From the IMG/VR virus record IMGVR_UViG_3300032257_000056, positions 1-36,770 of that record: a stretch of DNA of 36,770 nt; one strand, 5' to 3'. Position 1 is the first letter of the stretch. The number at the start of each line of letters is the position of its first letter. This document shows, one piece after another, positions 9,262 to 18,409 of the stretch. The position numbers and the translations under genes are program-made. Source of the DNA: a virus (lineage: Duplodnaviria > Caudoviricetes). The notes below the pieces were generated by a model. The model had not been told where the DNA came from. It did not search any database and saw only the letters and a list, made by a program, of their open reading frames with translations.

Positions 9262-10728
9262 TTAACGTTGAAACTGAGTTTTTTGTGCATGCACGCGATA
9301 CTGGCCAACTAATGTGGGCGAGTCTTGCACGTTTAATCGTGATGGGTCGCCCGCATCAATTTGCACAACCAGTGTGGCTTTATAGTTGTCGTAATCTTGC
9401 ACCCAGCCGTTATCTTCCATCACACGGTAAAGCGCTAATAATTCAATTTTTGCAATTTTTGGTTGCATAACGGGTTGGCCAACACCTACACGGGCATTGT
9501 CTTCTGCCAACTTATGTCGTGGAAATTTTTGTGCAAACAGTGAACGCTGTTCAAAACGAAAACGTTCAAGCGTTTCAGGTGTGTTGATGTCCAGGTAAGA
9601 ATCATCGGGCAGGCTTGCCGCATTTAATTGATACATGGTTATCTGGCGTTCAATTTGTACTGAACCGTCACCCGCCACGGTGTAGGTTGCAACGCCATCA
9701 AATAAAAGTGTGTTGCGCTCTGAATTTGTCCAGCGATCAGCAATAGCCGGTGGTAGAACACCGGGTAGTTTTAACGTTTGTAATGGTCGAGCCGGGTCAA
9801 TGCTTAAAGCGGCGGCGGCAACAACTGAATTAATAGATGCCCAAATATAAGGCGGCGTGGGTGATGTGTTTATGCCCATGCAACTTACATGTGGGTTGTT
9901 TCCGCCATTACCGAAAGTTGAGGTGTTGGCCAACGTGTCTTTAAAAGCACAAAATGCTCTGGCACCAATTTGTTGAAGTGGCCCCCAGCGTGCATCTAGT
10001 TCGGTTTCAAGTGCCACCAAATTTGGCGCATCAGTGAAAGGCATTACCATCCAGTTCCACCATTCATTTCCCATGGCGGCTATGGCCGTGCTCAAGTCAG
10101 GGTTGGTAACACCTGCAGCCATAGCGCCAAACGTGATGGCAATGCCAGAGGGTGTCGACTCTCCATAGTAATTTAAACGCACATCAATATCGTTGCCCGT
10201 TTCACCTTTCCATTTACAGGTGAGGTCAACTTGCTCAGTGGTAACACCATTTACTGCTGCTATTACCGGCAGAGAGGTGTCTGCATTTATGGCTGCGGCA
10301 ATTGCCGTTGCTATGGCGTCTTGTGAGTCTGCACTGTTTACTGCAACATTAATTTTTTTGCCTGCAATATAAAGCGAGAGCGTGCCACTGGCCGTGGCTG
10401 CACCAGTGGTGGTTATGCTACCAGCGGCGGCTACACCTGCACCGGCTTCATCAAGTGCAATGGCCCATGTTTCTATAAATTGGTTCGCTGCTTTTAACGC
10501 TTTTATTTGTTCGGCCAACATAGAGCCACGGCCAAAAAAGGTTTCTGCCTGCTCTACACTGGTTACCAATGTGGGCACACCTTCAGCTACGCTGCCCGCT
10601 GCTAAGCGTTGTCCAACGATTAATACTTTAAAAGCAATGTTTGAGTTACCGGCCAATGAATTGTCAAATTCAATAAAGGTGCCAGGCACTCGCAGGTTAG
10701 CGGGTATATTATTAAATGAAATGGGCAT
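9262..10728 (-). CDS. Contractile tail sheath, Mu gpL-like
   Basis: ISFNNIP..LRVPG.FIEFDNS, FGRGSML, DPARPLQTL, DDSYLD motifs. Confidence 0.96.
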   Translation of the reverse strand: MPISFNNIPANLRVPGTFIEFDNSLAGNSNIAFKVLIVGQRLAAGSVAEGVPTLVTSVEQAETFFGRGSMLAEQIKALKAANQFIETWAIALDEAGAGVAAAGSITTTGAATASGTLSLYIAGKKINVAVNSADSQDAIATAIAAAINADTSLPVIAAVNGVTTEQVDLTCKWKGETGNDIDVRLNYYGESTPSGIAITFGAMAAGVTNPDLSTAIAAMGNEWWNWMVMPFTDAPNLVALETELDARWGPLQQIGARAFCAFKDTLANTSTFGNGGNNPHVSCMGINTSPTPPYIWASINSVVAAAALSIDPARPLQTLKLPGVLPPAIADRWTNSERNTLLFDGVATYTVAGDGSVQIERQITMYQLNAASLPDDSYLDINTPETLERFRFEQRSLFAQKFPRHKLAEDNARVGVGQPVMQPKIAKIELLALYRVMEDNGWVQDYDNYKATLVVQIDAGDPSRLNVQDSPTLVGQYRVHAQKTQFQR

Positions 10729-10731
10729 AGC

Positions 10732-10992
10732 TTATAACTCCGATTTAGTGGCAGCTGGGCCATTGTTTTTAGATGATTCTTTTTTAACTTTGTCACGCAA
10801 ACCTTTTTCAGCTTTTTTAAAATCTTCAGCTGATGTTTTCATAACGTCTTTATCTTTTAAACGACGTAACCAGAAACTGTTCTGTTCAACTTGTGCACCG
10901 TGGGCTGGCATTATCTGGTTTTGTTTTTCAGGCATACGAATAATCGTTTTTTCTTTTGCTGGCTTTATATAAATAGTATTAATGGTTGGCAT
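10732..10992 (-). CDS. Mu gp38-like (DUF2635) protein
   Basis: IKPA...IRMP...FWLRRLKDKDV motif, directly before the sheath gene. Confidence 0.82.
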   Translation of the reverse strand: MPTINTIYIKPAKEKTIIRMPEKQNQIMPAHGAQVEQNSFWLRRLKDKDVMKTSAEDFKKAEKGLRDKVKKESSKNNGPAATKSEL

Positions 10993-10995
10993 GGA

Positions 10996-11538
10996 TTATT
11001 GCTCCAGTGTTAGGTTGTCTACGGCCGCTGGTTCATCAGCGCCCGGTACCAGGGAATGATCTGCATTAAATGTAGCGAAATCATTCATGGCGCTTGTGTC
11101 TGCCTGATATGACTTTTCAAGCATGATTGTGAAGGTTGCCGCATAAACGGTGACACCCTGTTTATCTAGAGGCACGGTGAATAAATTTTGCGCTCGTTGA
11201 AAACTAAATGTACCCACTTCAGCAATGAGGTGGTTATCAATTAACGGAATGAGCTGATCAATGATATTGTAAGCACCTATAACGCGTGCTTCACCTTGCC
11301 TGCGTTTTTGTTGGTCACCTTGTCTGGTTACCGCATAACAGGCCCACGTTGTTTCCCATGAGTGCTGGCCTAAATTTCTACCCCCTAAAAAAGACACGTA
11401 AACTGCTGGTGATGAGGTAAGCATGGTTTTAATCATTGTAAGCGTTAACGCACCCGGCAAACTTTCAACGGCGCGCAGCGTGTTATTAAATGCCTCTTTA
11501 ATGGTGGTTATTAAATTGTTTTCAACTTGCGTTAACAT
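10996..11538 (-). CDS. Mu gp37-like tail terminator / neck protein (DUF1834-like)
   Basis: PAVYVSFLGG and GAY motifs; gene order. Confidence 0.8.
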   Translation of the reverse strand: MLTQVENNLITTIKEAFNNTLRAVESLPGALTLTMIKTMLTSSPAVYVSFLGGRNLGQHSWETTWACYAVTRQGDQQKRRQGEARVIGAYNIIDQLIPLIDNHLIAEVGTFSFQRAQNLFTVPLDKQGVTVYAATFTIMLEKSYQADTSAMNDFATFNADHSLVPGADEPAAVDNLTLEQ

Positions 11539-11975
11539 TAGTTTAAAACCTCATTTAAAAAGTCTTTAACAATGCCATTTATTTCATCTTCATCGTCGTC
11601 ATTAATGCCAATGAAAGCGCGCTGTTCAATTGTGGTTGCACTGTTACGACCTGTTTCACCACCAAACTGGTGAATGGCTGCATAAATCATATCGCTGCCA
11701 TGCTCAACACTATCGTCACTGGGTATATGTGTTATTGAATCTCGAAGGTGAGTTTTATTAACCAGTGTTTTTCCACCTTCTTGTTTTGCCCGTTCGCTTT
11801 CTATCCAGGGCACACCTTCTGGGTCAACACCTTCTTTAAAACGTTGCGTCACTGATGAATCTAAATAGCTGCCTATTTCATCGAACATTTCATAGCTGTT
11901 AAAGTTCTCTATGTTTTTCATGGCGCGCATTACTTCGCGGTCATCAATTTTATATTCGAGTTTGATACCGCTCAT
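11538..11975 (-). CDS. Virion morphogenesis / tail completion protein, Mu gpG-like
   Basis: RF...DPEG..W, LRDSI, YAAIHQFGG, RAFIG motifs. Confidence 0.9.
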   Translation of the reverse strand: MSGIKLEYKIDDREVMRAMKNIENFNSYEMFDEIGSYLDSSVTQRFKEGVDPEGVPWIESERAKQEGGKTLVNKTHLRDSITHIPSDDSVEHGSDMIYAAIHQFGGETGRNSATTIEQRAFIGINDDDEDEINGIVKDFLNEVLN

Positions 11976-12469
11976 TAGTAAGTGTCCCAGTCTGTTTTGC
12001 TAGTACCCTGACGTGCCACCATTCGCCCAGGTGGTGATGCAACGCCCGTGTCTAATTCACCGAGGCTGGCTTTATTCATTGACACATCACGCAACCAGCG
12101 AAGGGCTTCTTTGTTTCTGTTTTCAACTTCTTCAGTTGTGCGATTGTCACTTAATTTAAAGCGAACAATGTCGCTGCAAAATTCGGGTAGTGGGCTTTGG
12201 TCTATAAACGCCTGACCAAGTGGCAGTGGGTAGCGTGAGCTGATATATGAGTCTATTAATTTTTCTGCAGAACTAATGGCAACTTGAATGCGAACCAATG
12301 TTTGGTCTGCATCTGCGATTTCTTGCGCGGTGTATGCTGAACGATCACCTGCAGTTACCGTTAAACGCAATAGGGTGCCGTCAACTGCGGGGTATTCAGA
12401 AGCAGCTAGTAAGGCTATTTCTTCGTCACCGAATTGATCGAGTATAATTGTGGGTGTTGTGTATGGCAT
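11975..12469 (-). CDS. Head-tail adaptor, Mu gp36-like (DUF1320)
   Basis: IDSYISSRYPLPL...CSDIVRFKL...ALRWLRDVS motifs. Confidence 0.88.
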   Translation of the reverse strand: MPYTTPTIILDQFGDEEIALLAASEYPAVDGTLLRLTVTAGDRSAYTAQEIADADQTLVRIQVAISSAEKLIDSYISSRYPLPLGQAFIDQSPLPEFCSDIVRFKLSDNRTTEEVENRNKEALRWLRDVSMNKASLGELDTGVASPPGRMVARQGTSKTDWDTY

Positions 12470-12483
12470 TTAATTCAATAACT

Positions 12484-14613
12484 TTATACGTTTAGTGGAT
12501 AACCATTTGATTTTTTAGACTGCTTTGGCCCGATAGTTATGTCCCAATCTGGAAACCATATGCCGTCAATTCCTTTTGGGATTGAATTTGACCAATGTTT
12601 AAGACCTTTGAACTCACCAGCAAACCCATCTATGTACTCAAAGTTAAAGCAGTAGTCTACAAACGCCTGGCTTATATCTTGTGAATAAGTGATTTGACCG
12701 CTTGATACAGACCTTGTGCCTTTTCGCATTTCAATGGCTTGCTCTGTCAGAGTTGTAACAGGTACTTCACATTCCACAGCTACATCTAAAACTAAAGCCC
12801 ATTGAGCCTGTGAATAGGCAACCAACCCATGTTCCCATAAATTAACTTGAGCGCCTGTTGCTTTAACCCACTCAAAGAAACCGATAAGTTTTTGACGTCT
12901 TACTGCTTCACTATCCGTTGTCGGAGCTATATAACCCACGGGCCATGAACTCATGTTAAGTGGGTCAATATCATCTGGGTAATACTTTTCAAAACCAGCG
13001 AGAGGCAATGTTGCTCTCGCTATATGCACGCCGTAACTTTCTATTGTTTCTTCAAGTGCGCCCGCATGTTCACCCCCAGGATAAACCATGCTTGTAGGCG
13101 TGTAGCCCGTATTTTCTGCTATCGCATTTACATTATCTGTGATCTGTCTTGTGAAAAATAACTCAGAGTTATAAGAAATATCAGCGGGCGCTGATTTAAT
13201 ATCCGTTTCATTTTGTGTGCCGAACATTTCTGTGCTTGGTTCACCTGCGTACTTAACACTAGCCGCACCTAGAATAACCCCTACACGAACTGTATCTTGA
13301 TCAAAAGTTTCAGCACTATAATCAGTTTGTGTATTAATAAATGTAACTAAATCAATGACGCTATCATAAGTTGATAAAACTATATTTAAATCCTGCGCTG
13401 CATCAACTGTTGTCGTAAGTGAGTCACCCACTATATCGAGACTAACTGCTGTACCTAAACCAGTGTATTGAATGCGGAATGAAAACAGATCACTCATATT
13501 TGCTGAATGCGTTGTATGTATATATAGATCATGACCCTGTGACTTAGATAGTCTAGCAAGATCCCATTTAGCAGGAGTCATATCTCTTTCTTGCCAGTCA
13601 ATAGCCCAGCCGCACTTAAGACCTCTTGAATTACATTCAGCTACTAAGGCTTCAAAAGCAGTCTCATTTTTTGAATCGTCAATATTAAATGATACCGAAC
13701 CATTCATGAATGAATTTTTCAAAACTGGCTGGTCACTTGTTACATTTGTATCAACTGTTTGAAAAGTTGTTTTAGCAAAACGAGGTGCAGGTAGGATAAA
13801 TGAATTATTTATATTCATTGTGCCTATGCCTGTTAATTTAGTGAATGGATATATATCATTATGCGGGGCAGCACCACCAATAGAAATGCAATTATTATAG
13901 GTTAATGTCCCCGCCCAGGCAGATTCAGCATATCCGTGGAAGCCATACGATCTAGCAAGATAAGACTGATTTATATTTATGTTGTGCGTAGATGATAGCG
14001 CGTACACATCACGATTAACTTTATTCGTGCAAAAATTAGTTATAGTTACGTTATTCGCAACACTTCCATCGGCATAAACGCCATGACGTAAATTGTTAAG
14101 AATTAATGTGTTTAGTATTATGTCTCTAGTGGCTGTCACATTATGGCATCTAACACCATCTGATTCTGGGCAATCTGTGATAACTATTGGCACATCAGAC
14201 GTTACCTCAGAATAAGAAGCGTAAAGCATTTGCTTTAATACACTATTCGTATAATTTTGAATCCAAAATATAGCACCCCTCGTACCTTTTATAAATCTAT
14301 ACCAACCGTCACCATTTGCAAAAATAGCGTGCACATTACCTGCATTTAATCCATCAATGCGAACATCACCATAGATATAAAAATAACGTCTAAATGCGGC
14401 TCCACCTATTTGACCAGGTGGAAAATAAACACCTTCAGCAATATGCAAGCTATCACCGCTGCTTAATAGGCTTATAGCATTTGCTGTTTCTATTTTTTGA
14501 TAAGCTGGCGTTGAAACACCAAGTAAGGCCGTAAAGTAAGGGCTTTCTGAAAAACCTGTGTCATCTGCGCATTCTTTGTCTATGAAACGAACTACCACTT
14601 TAGACTCCTGCAT
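12484..14613 (-). CDS. Beta-helix protein with embedded CE4/NodB polysaccharide deacetylase domain, probably virion-associated
   Basis: Beta-helix cap PAYQKI...GDSLHIAEGVY and Asn-rich repeats. CE4 motifs SFNIDD, GHDLYIHTTHS, VYPGG, LWEH. No signal peptide. Confidence 0.72.
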   Translation of the reverse strand: MQESKVVVRFIDKECADDTGFSESPYFTALLGVSTPAYQKIETANAISLLSSGDSLHIAEGVYFPPGQIGGAAFRRYFYIYGDVRIDGLNAGNVHAIFANGDGWYRFIKGTRGAIFWIQNYTNSVLKQMLYASYSEVTSDVPIVITDCPESDGVRCHNVTATRDIILNTLILNNLRHGVYADGSVANNVTITNFCTNKVNRDVYALSSTHNININQSYLARSYGFHGYAESAWAGTLTYNNCISIGGAAPHNDIYPFTKLTGIGTMNINNSFILPAPRFAKTTFQTVDTNVTSDQPVLKNSFMNGSVSFNIDDSKNETAFEALVAECNSRGLKCGWAIDWQERDMTPAKWDLARLSKSQGHDLYIHTTHSANMSDLFSFRIQYTGLGTAVSLDIVGDSLTTTVDAAQDLNIVLSTYDSVIDLVTFINTQTDYSAETFDQDTVRVGVILGAASVKYAGEPSTEMFGTQNETDIKSAPADISYNSELFFTRQITDNVNAIAENTGYTPTSMVYPGGEHAGALEETIESYGVHIARATLPLAGFEKYYPDDIDPLNMSSWPVGYIAPTTDSEAVRRQKLIGFFEWVKATGAQVNLWEHGLVAYSQAQWALVLDVAVECEVPVTTLTEQAIEMRKGTRSVSSGQITYSQDISQAFVDYCFNFEYIDGFAGEFKGLKHWSNSIPKGIDGIWFPDWDITIGPKQSKKSNGYPLNV

Positions 14614-15028
14614 TCCATGAAATCACATGTGCATTACCTGCTGTTTCGTTACAAATTGCTGCAAATTTTGCATCTAGTGGCACACCTAATGGGGGTAATT
14701 GATAATCAATAAGCGGTGGAATTGGAAACCCTGTTGTGGCCCCACCTGCAACGATATTTAATCTCGAATTTGCTTCTTCCTGAGTAGCACCAAAAGCTAG
14801 TCTTGAAAATTGACCTGTGAGCCCCCTATTAAATATAAAGACTCTTCCTCCGCCAAACTCCACCCCTTCAGGAAGCGGTGCTGCTATAGCCGTATTATTC
14901 ATAACTAAATCTGGATGATACTGAGTAATTTTAAAACCATCTGCTACGAACAAGTCACCAGCTGAAGATCCTTGAAAAGGTTTAGACTTAACCGGTGATA
15001 GTGAATCTCTACTGTAAACATCGCTCAT
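14600..15028 (-). CDS. Hypothetical protein, possible head-fibre adaptor
   Basis: 142-aa beta-rich ORF overlapping the start of the 709-aa gene, inside the head operon. Confidence 0.6.
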   Translation of the reverse strand: MSDVYSRDSLSPVKSKPFQGSSAGDLFVADGFKITQYHPDLVMNNTAIAAPLPEGVEFGGGRVFIFNRGLTGQFSRLAFGATQEEANSRLNIVAGGATTGFPIPPLIDYQLPPLGVPLDAKFAAICNETAGNAHVISWNAGV

Positions 15029-15043
15029 AATCTAACTGCCTTA

Positions 15044-15478
15044 TTAACCGTTAATTAAAGCCCAAACATAATCCAGCTCTTCAGCTTGAATAATGCTGCC
15101 TGTTATTTTTGTTATCGCTTGCAATTTTGGTTTTGAGTTTTTATCCCAGTGGCTTTTTGTTGCTGGGTCTAATTTTGTAATCGCATTTTTAATTAACTCA
15201 ATGCGCTCATTTGATACTGGTGTTTCAGTTTCTGCCTGTTTGCCTTTCACTGGTTCTTTATTTTCTGCAGATAAAGTTTTATTCAGCGCGTCTTCATCAA
15301 AATCAGCATCTTCATTAAAGTAGCCATCAACATCTTTAGCTGAGCCAACATCAACCAGGGCACGTGCATGATCTTCATCATCCATTGTGAATTCTTTTTG
15401 ATATATGGTTTTGCCTTTAAACTTAATGGGGTTTATGGCAAATAAAACGATTGCGATTGTGATTTCATTTTTTGGCAT
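15044..15478 (-). CDS. Hypothetical head-region protein (Mu gp35-position protein)
   Basis: Follows the capsid gene, has a GAGG SD, and ends in a small helical domain (AITKLD...W...KPKL..I). Confidence 0.65.
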   Translation of the reverse strand: MPKNEITIAIVLFAINPIKFKGKTIYQKEFTMDDEDHARALVDVGSAKDVDGYFNEDADFDEDALNKTLSAENKEPVKGKQAETETPVSNERIELIKNAITKLDPATKSHWDKNSKPKLQAITKITGSIIQAEELDYVWALING

Positions 15479-15502
15479 GGCTACCTCTGTGTTGTTGGGT
15501 AT

Positions 15503-15532
15503 ATAACCGGAGCTTTATCCCACTCCGGTTAT
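15503..15532 (-). promoter_or_regulatory. Stem-loop downstream of the capsid gene
   Basis: Perfect 10-bp stem ATAACCGGAG/CTCCGGTTAT with a 10-nt loop and no U-tract on the coding strand. Confidence 0.5.
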
Positions 15533-15562
15533 CTTCTTCTACGCTTCTTCGTGGGTTATTTT

Positions 15563-16492
15563 TTACGCTACTGCGTTTTTAATAATAAAGCCTGCGGTGA
15601 TGCCTGTTTGAACAGGCGCACGTTCGTGTGTCATGCCGTAAACCCAGCTTCGAGATTCTTGATCCCAATATGGCACCTCTACAAGTGGGTGGCCTTCCAT
15701 TTGGTATGTGAAACCATAACTGGGCTCTTCTGCGCCCATAGCATCGGTTGGTGAATAAGTTAAAATCGCGTCTTTGCCCCAGATGTCGATGCTTGCACCG
15801 GCACCATTAAAACCAATGGCTTTACCCACTACGACACGTTCTACTTTAAATATGGCCGCTAATAAATCTTCAGTGACTACACCCGTTTGTGTGTATTTAA
15901 TTTTATCGAGAATGGCTGGGTGATCTTCAAGCTGCTCGAAAACCTTAGCTGAAATCTCTAAAACATTAGGGTACACACCAATGCTAGAGCGAACCGCTTC
16001 ACGGCCGGCTTTAACATCGCCAATGGGGTCTGAGTTTGCATAATCATTCCATTGATCAGTGCCAGCTAGTGTGACCTGATGATTCGCGTCGTAGTTTGCA
16101 AGATTGGTTGCAACACCCGCTGCCTGATTTTCTAAAATAAGTGAGCCGCTTTTTAACACCAGGTTAACCGCACGTGTACCTAAATTGATGCCGGGTACCT
16201 GGCTGGCATCACGCATGTGCTCACGTGGCACTACGGCATCTAGTGCATGGTTTTCTAATGCATAAGGTTTACCCTCATGCCCGAAAGTTGCGCGTTTTGC
16301 TTTAGAGCCCGGCGCGCGCGCTGTGTTATATAAATGAAATGACGATTTATCAAACTCAATAATCTTGCCGCCACTTTGTGCCACCGGCACAATGGGGAAC
16401 AAAACAGTTGCAACATGGTCGGGGTGTTTATAACCCAGCGATACGCGTGACAGTATGGGGTCTATAACTTGGTTCTGTGGTGAATTGGGCAT
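15563..16492 (-). CDS. Major capsid protein (lambda gpE-like family rather than Mu gpT)
   Basis: IDPILS...LFPIVPV, SDPIGD, PSYGFTY motifs; follows protease and decoration genes. Confidence 0.88.
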   Translation of the reverse strand: MPNSPQNQVIDPILSRVSLGYKHPDHVATVLFPIVPVAQSGGKIIEFDKSSFHLYNTARAPGSKAKRATFGHEGKPYALENHALDAVVPREHMRDASQVPGINLGTRAVNLVLKSGSLILENQAAGVATNLANYDANHQVTLAGTDQWNDYANSDPIGDVKAGREAVRSSIGVYPNVLEISAKVFEQLEDHPAILDKIKYTQTGVVTEDLLAAIFKVERVVVGKAIGFNGAGASIDIWGKDAILTYSPTDAMGAEEPSYGFTYQMEGHPLVEVPYWDQESRSWVYGMTHERAPVQTGITAGFIIKNAVA

Positions 16493-16558
16493 GATTACGT
16501 GTCTCCGTTAAATCGCCATTAAATTAGTTTTAAAATACAATTTATTCAGGTTTAAAAA

Positions 16559-16900
16559 TTAGTTGGGTATTAACACCGCTTCGAGCTTGTCACCGGCTGC
16601 ACCCGCCGCCTGCATTGCACGGCCAACAATAACGCCTGCAACTCGTGTGATGTATTGCCCATTGGCACCCACTTGAAGCAAAGCATCTTTTGCTATAGCG
16701 GCACCGGCTTCAACAATGGTGGTGCCTAACATATCAACACCCACTTGTGAGCCAATGGCGGGGGCATCTTCTGTTGTTGCGCCAAAGCTGTTACCGGCTG
16801 CAGTGGAGTAGTTACCGTCCTGGTTTACTGCACGGTTAGCTAACACTAATGCAGCAGCGGCAACAGATAATGTAAGTACGGGGTTTTTAGTGGCTGGCAT
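16559..16900 (-). CDS. Capsid decoration / cement protein (DUF2190-like)
   Basis: 113 aa, Ala/Gly-rich, VEAGAAI...GRAMQAA.AAGD motif, between scaffold and capsid genes. Confidence 0.8.
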   Translation of the reverse strand: MPATKNPVLTLSVAAAALVLANRAVNQDGNYSTAAGNSFGATTEDAPAIGSQVGVDMLGTTIVEAGAAIAKDALLQVGANGQYITRVAGVIVGRAMQAAGAAGDKLEAVLIPN

Positions 16901-16963
16901 AATTTTTTACCTATATATATGTGTAAAGTTATGTAACGTTATTTGTGAGTTTTAAATGTGCAG

Positions 16964-17482
16964 TTACGAAACCGCTATTACAGCTTCAACGTAGTCACAG
17001 TTATTTTGCTTCATGTATTCATTTGCTTTGTTATGAATAACTAATCGCTCGGCATCAACTACTGCGCCTTCAGGTGCATTGAATGAGGTCTCGCTATTTG
17101 TATTTATTTTGTTACCGGCATCTGACTCATTCATATCAACCTGCACGGGCAGCTGCTTGGCAAAGTCTTTAAACCAGTCGATGGGTGATTTTTTAACATC
17201 AGTTTTTGTGTCGCCTTCGCCCTGGCTAAACTCTAGCTCAACGTCACCACCCGAAAGAGCAACCATGAATTCAACAAACCCTGTTGCCATGGAGGGCGTT
17301 AGTGTGCCTGCTTCGATCATGTCATCAGCTGTTGCCTGAAACTCAACAGTTAGTTTGTCGGTTTGGCTTTTTTTAAGTTTGTCTTGCAGATCGGTTTTTT
17401 CAGCGCTGAAACTCGAAGTGGCTTCTGCCGCTGCATCATCTTGAATTTTTTTAATTTGTTCGTCAGTATATTCTTTAGGCAC
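16964..17482 (-). CDS. Embedded scaffold protein (Mu gpZ-like) from an internal in-frame start
   Basis: In-frame GTG at 17482, 8 nt after GGAG (17491-17494), at the start of the helical C-terminal half. Confidence 0.6.
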   Translation of the reverse strand: MPKEYTDEQIKKIQDDAAAEATSSFSAEKTDLQDKLKKSQTDKLTVEFQATADDMIEAGTLTPSMATGFVEFMVALSGGDVELEFSQGEGDTKTDVKKSPIDWFKDFAKQLPVQVDMNESDAGNKINTNSETSFNAPEGAVVDAERLVIHNKANEYMKQNNCDYVEAVIAVS

Positions 17483-18121
17483 GGGTGCATCTCCACTGTC
17501 TTTTTTATGGGGTTTGTTAAATGAGGAATCGTCATCAGGTTTCATGCGTTGTTCAGTCGCTAATTCTGTAAGCCCTTCAATTTCATAATCGGGCAATACA
17601 GTGTCAGCCGTTTCAAGATCAAATTGAGTAATAAGAAATTCACGTAAACGGCGAAAAGTGCGGGCAACTACGTTTGTTGCATAAGCGTCACTCATAAAGT
17701 CAAAGCTTTCACTGTCGTCTTCACTGAATGAAACTTGTTTTAAGCCTTCAACAGCGGGAGCCGCTGCGCCTAACCAACCCACATGTTTTAAAAACCAACC
17801 GTTGCCACCTTTTGAAATGCGTATTGAACGATTGGGGAAGCGTTTGTTTTCAACCATTTTGCTGAACTGTTCATCTACATCGGTAAACTTGCCAAGTAAA
17901 ACATCACCGACACGCTTTAATGATTCAGTCCAGGCATAAGATGGGTCATCAATTTTAGGGTGGCCAATAACTGCGGGAGCAGGTTTGTGGTTAGCGATCA
18001 TTTCATCAAGGTCGCTATGGGTAAAATTTTGAGTGGTGCCATCAGATGATGTTTGCTCACCAGAGCGAAACAACTCGATGTAATCGTCAAAACCTTTGAA
18101 ATCTGTATTTGTATTTGGCAT
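16964..18121 (-). CDS. Prohead protease/scaffold (Mu gpI/Z-equivalent)
   Basis: PAVIGHP, NRSI, LKHVGWLGAAAPAVEGL motifs. Start ATG 18121 is preferred because its promoter geometry matches the lysis gene. Confidence 0.88.
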   Translation of the reverse strand: MPNTNTDFKGFDDYIELFRSGEQTSSDGTTQNFTHSDLDEMIANHKPAPAVIGHPKIDDPSYAWTESLKRVGDVLLGKFTDVDEQFSKMVENKRFPNRSIRISKGGNGWFLKHVGWLGAAAPAVEGLKQVSFSEDDSESFDFMSDAYATNVVARTFRRLREFLITQFDLETADTVLPDYEIEGLTELATEQRMKPDDDSSFNKPHKKDSGDAPVPKEYTDEQIKKIQDDAAAEATSSFSAEKTDLQDKLKKSQTDKLTVEFQATADDMIEAGTLTPSMATGFVEFMVALSGGDVELEFSQGEGDTKTDVKKSPIDWFKDFAKQLPVQVDMNESDAGNKINTNSETSFNAPEGAVVDAERLVIHNKANEYMKQNNCDYVEAVIAVS

Positions 18122-18176
18122 GACCGAAGTTTGCGTCATGTGGTAGAAAAGAACTAAGGGAGAAAAATGTCTCCCC
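18122..18176 (-). promoter_or_regulatory. Putative activator-dependent late promoter (P-I-like)
   Basis: Imperfect dyad GGGGAGACATTTTTCTCCCT (complement 18157-18176), then 35 nt containing a -10-like CAAACT 6 nt before the ATG. No SD. Confidence 0.75.
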
Positions 18177-18179
18177 CGT

Positions 18180-18409
18180 TTATTTGTGCAGGCGTATTAA
18201 TAGATTACATGACAAAAATTAAGTCGACAAGGCGCAAGCGCCTGTTATTTGAAAATTGCACCCAACAAGCCACCTGCAACCCGATTTAAAACCGATTTAA
18301 AATCGTTTGTACGGGGTTTTGATGTTTTTTCTGGGTCGATATAGCGATTAAGGGCTTAGATGGGCGCTACGTGCGTTATTTATAAGTTTGTTTTTTCAAT
18401 AAAATATCG
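18180..18409. other. Central non-coding region, candidate strong gyrase site equivalent
   Basis: Lies upstream of the protease gene and contains the prophage midpoint (18395/18396). Has a CGATTTAAAA tandem repeat with 11-bp period at 18282-18302. Confidence 0.55.

Noticed and set aside
16499-16506. GGAGACAC half-site of the late-promoter dyad before the capsid gene
   Set aside because: It is a single half-site and is fully explained as the capsid SD (GGAG).
755-17339. Many plus-strand ORFs over the left arm
   Set aside because: They are antisense shadows of well-supported structural genes, Ser/Thr/Pro-rich and without motifs.
18230-18243. AGGCGC-AA-GCGCCT hairpin as a terminator
   Set aside because: Short stem and no convincing U-tract on either strand.
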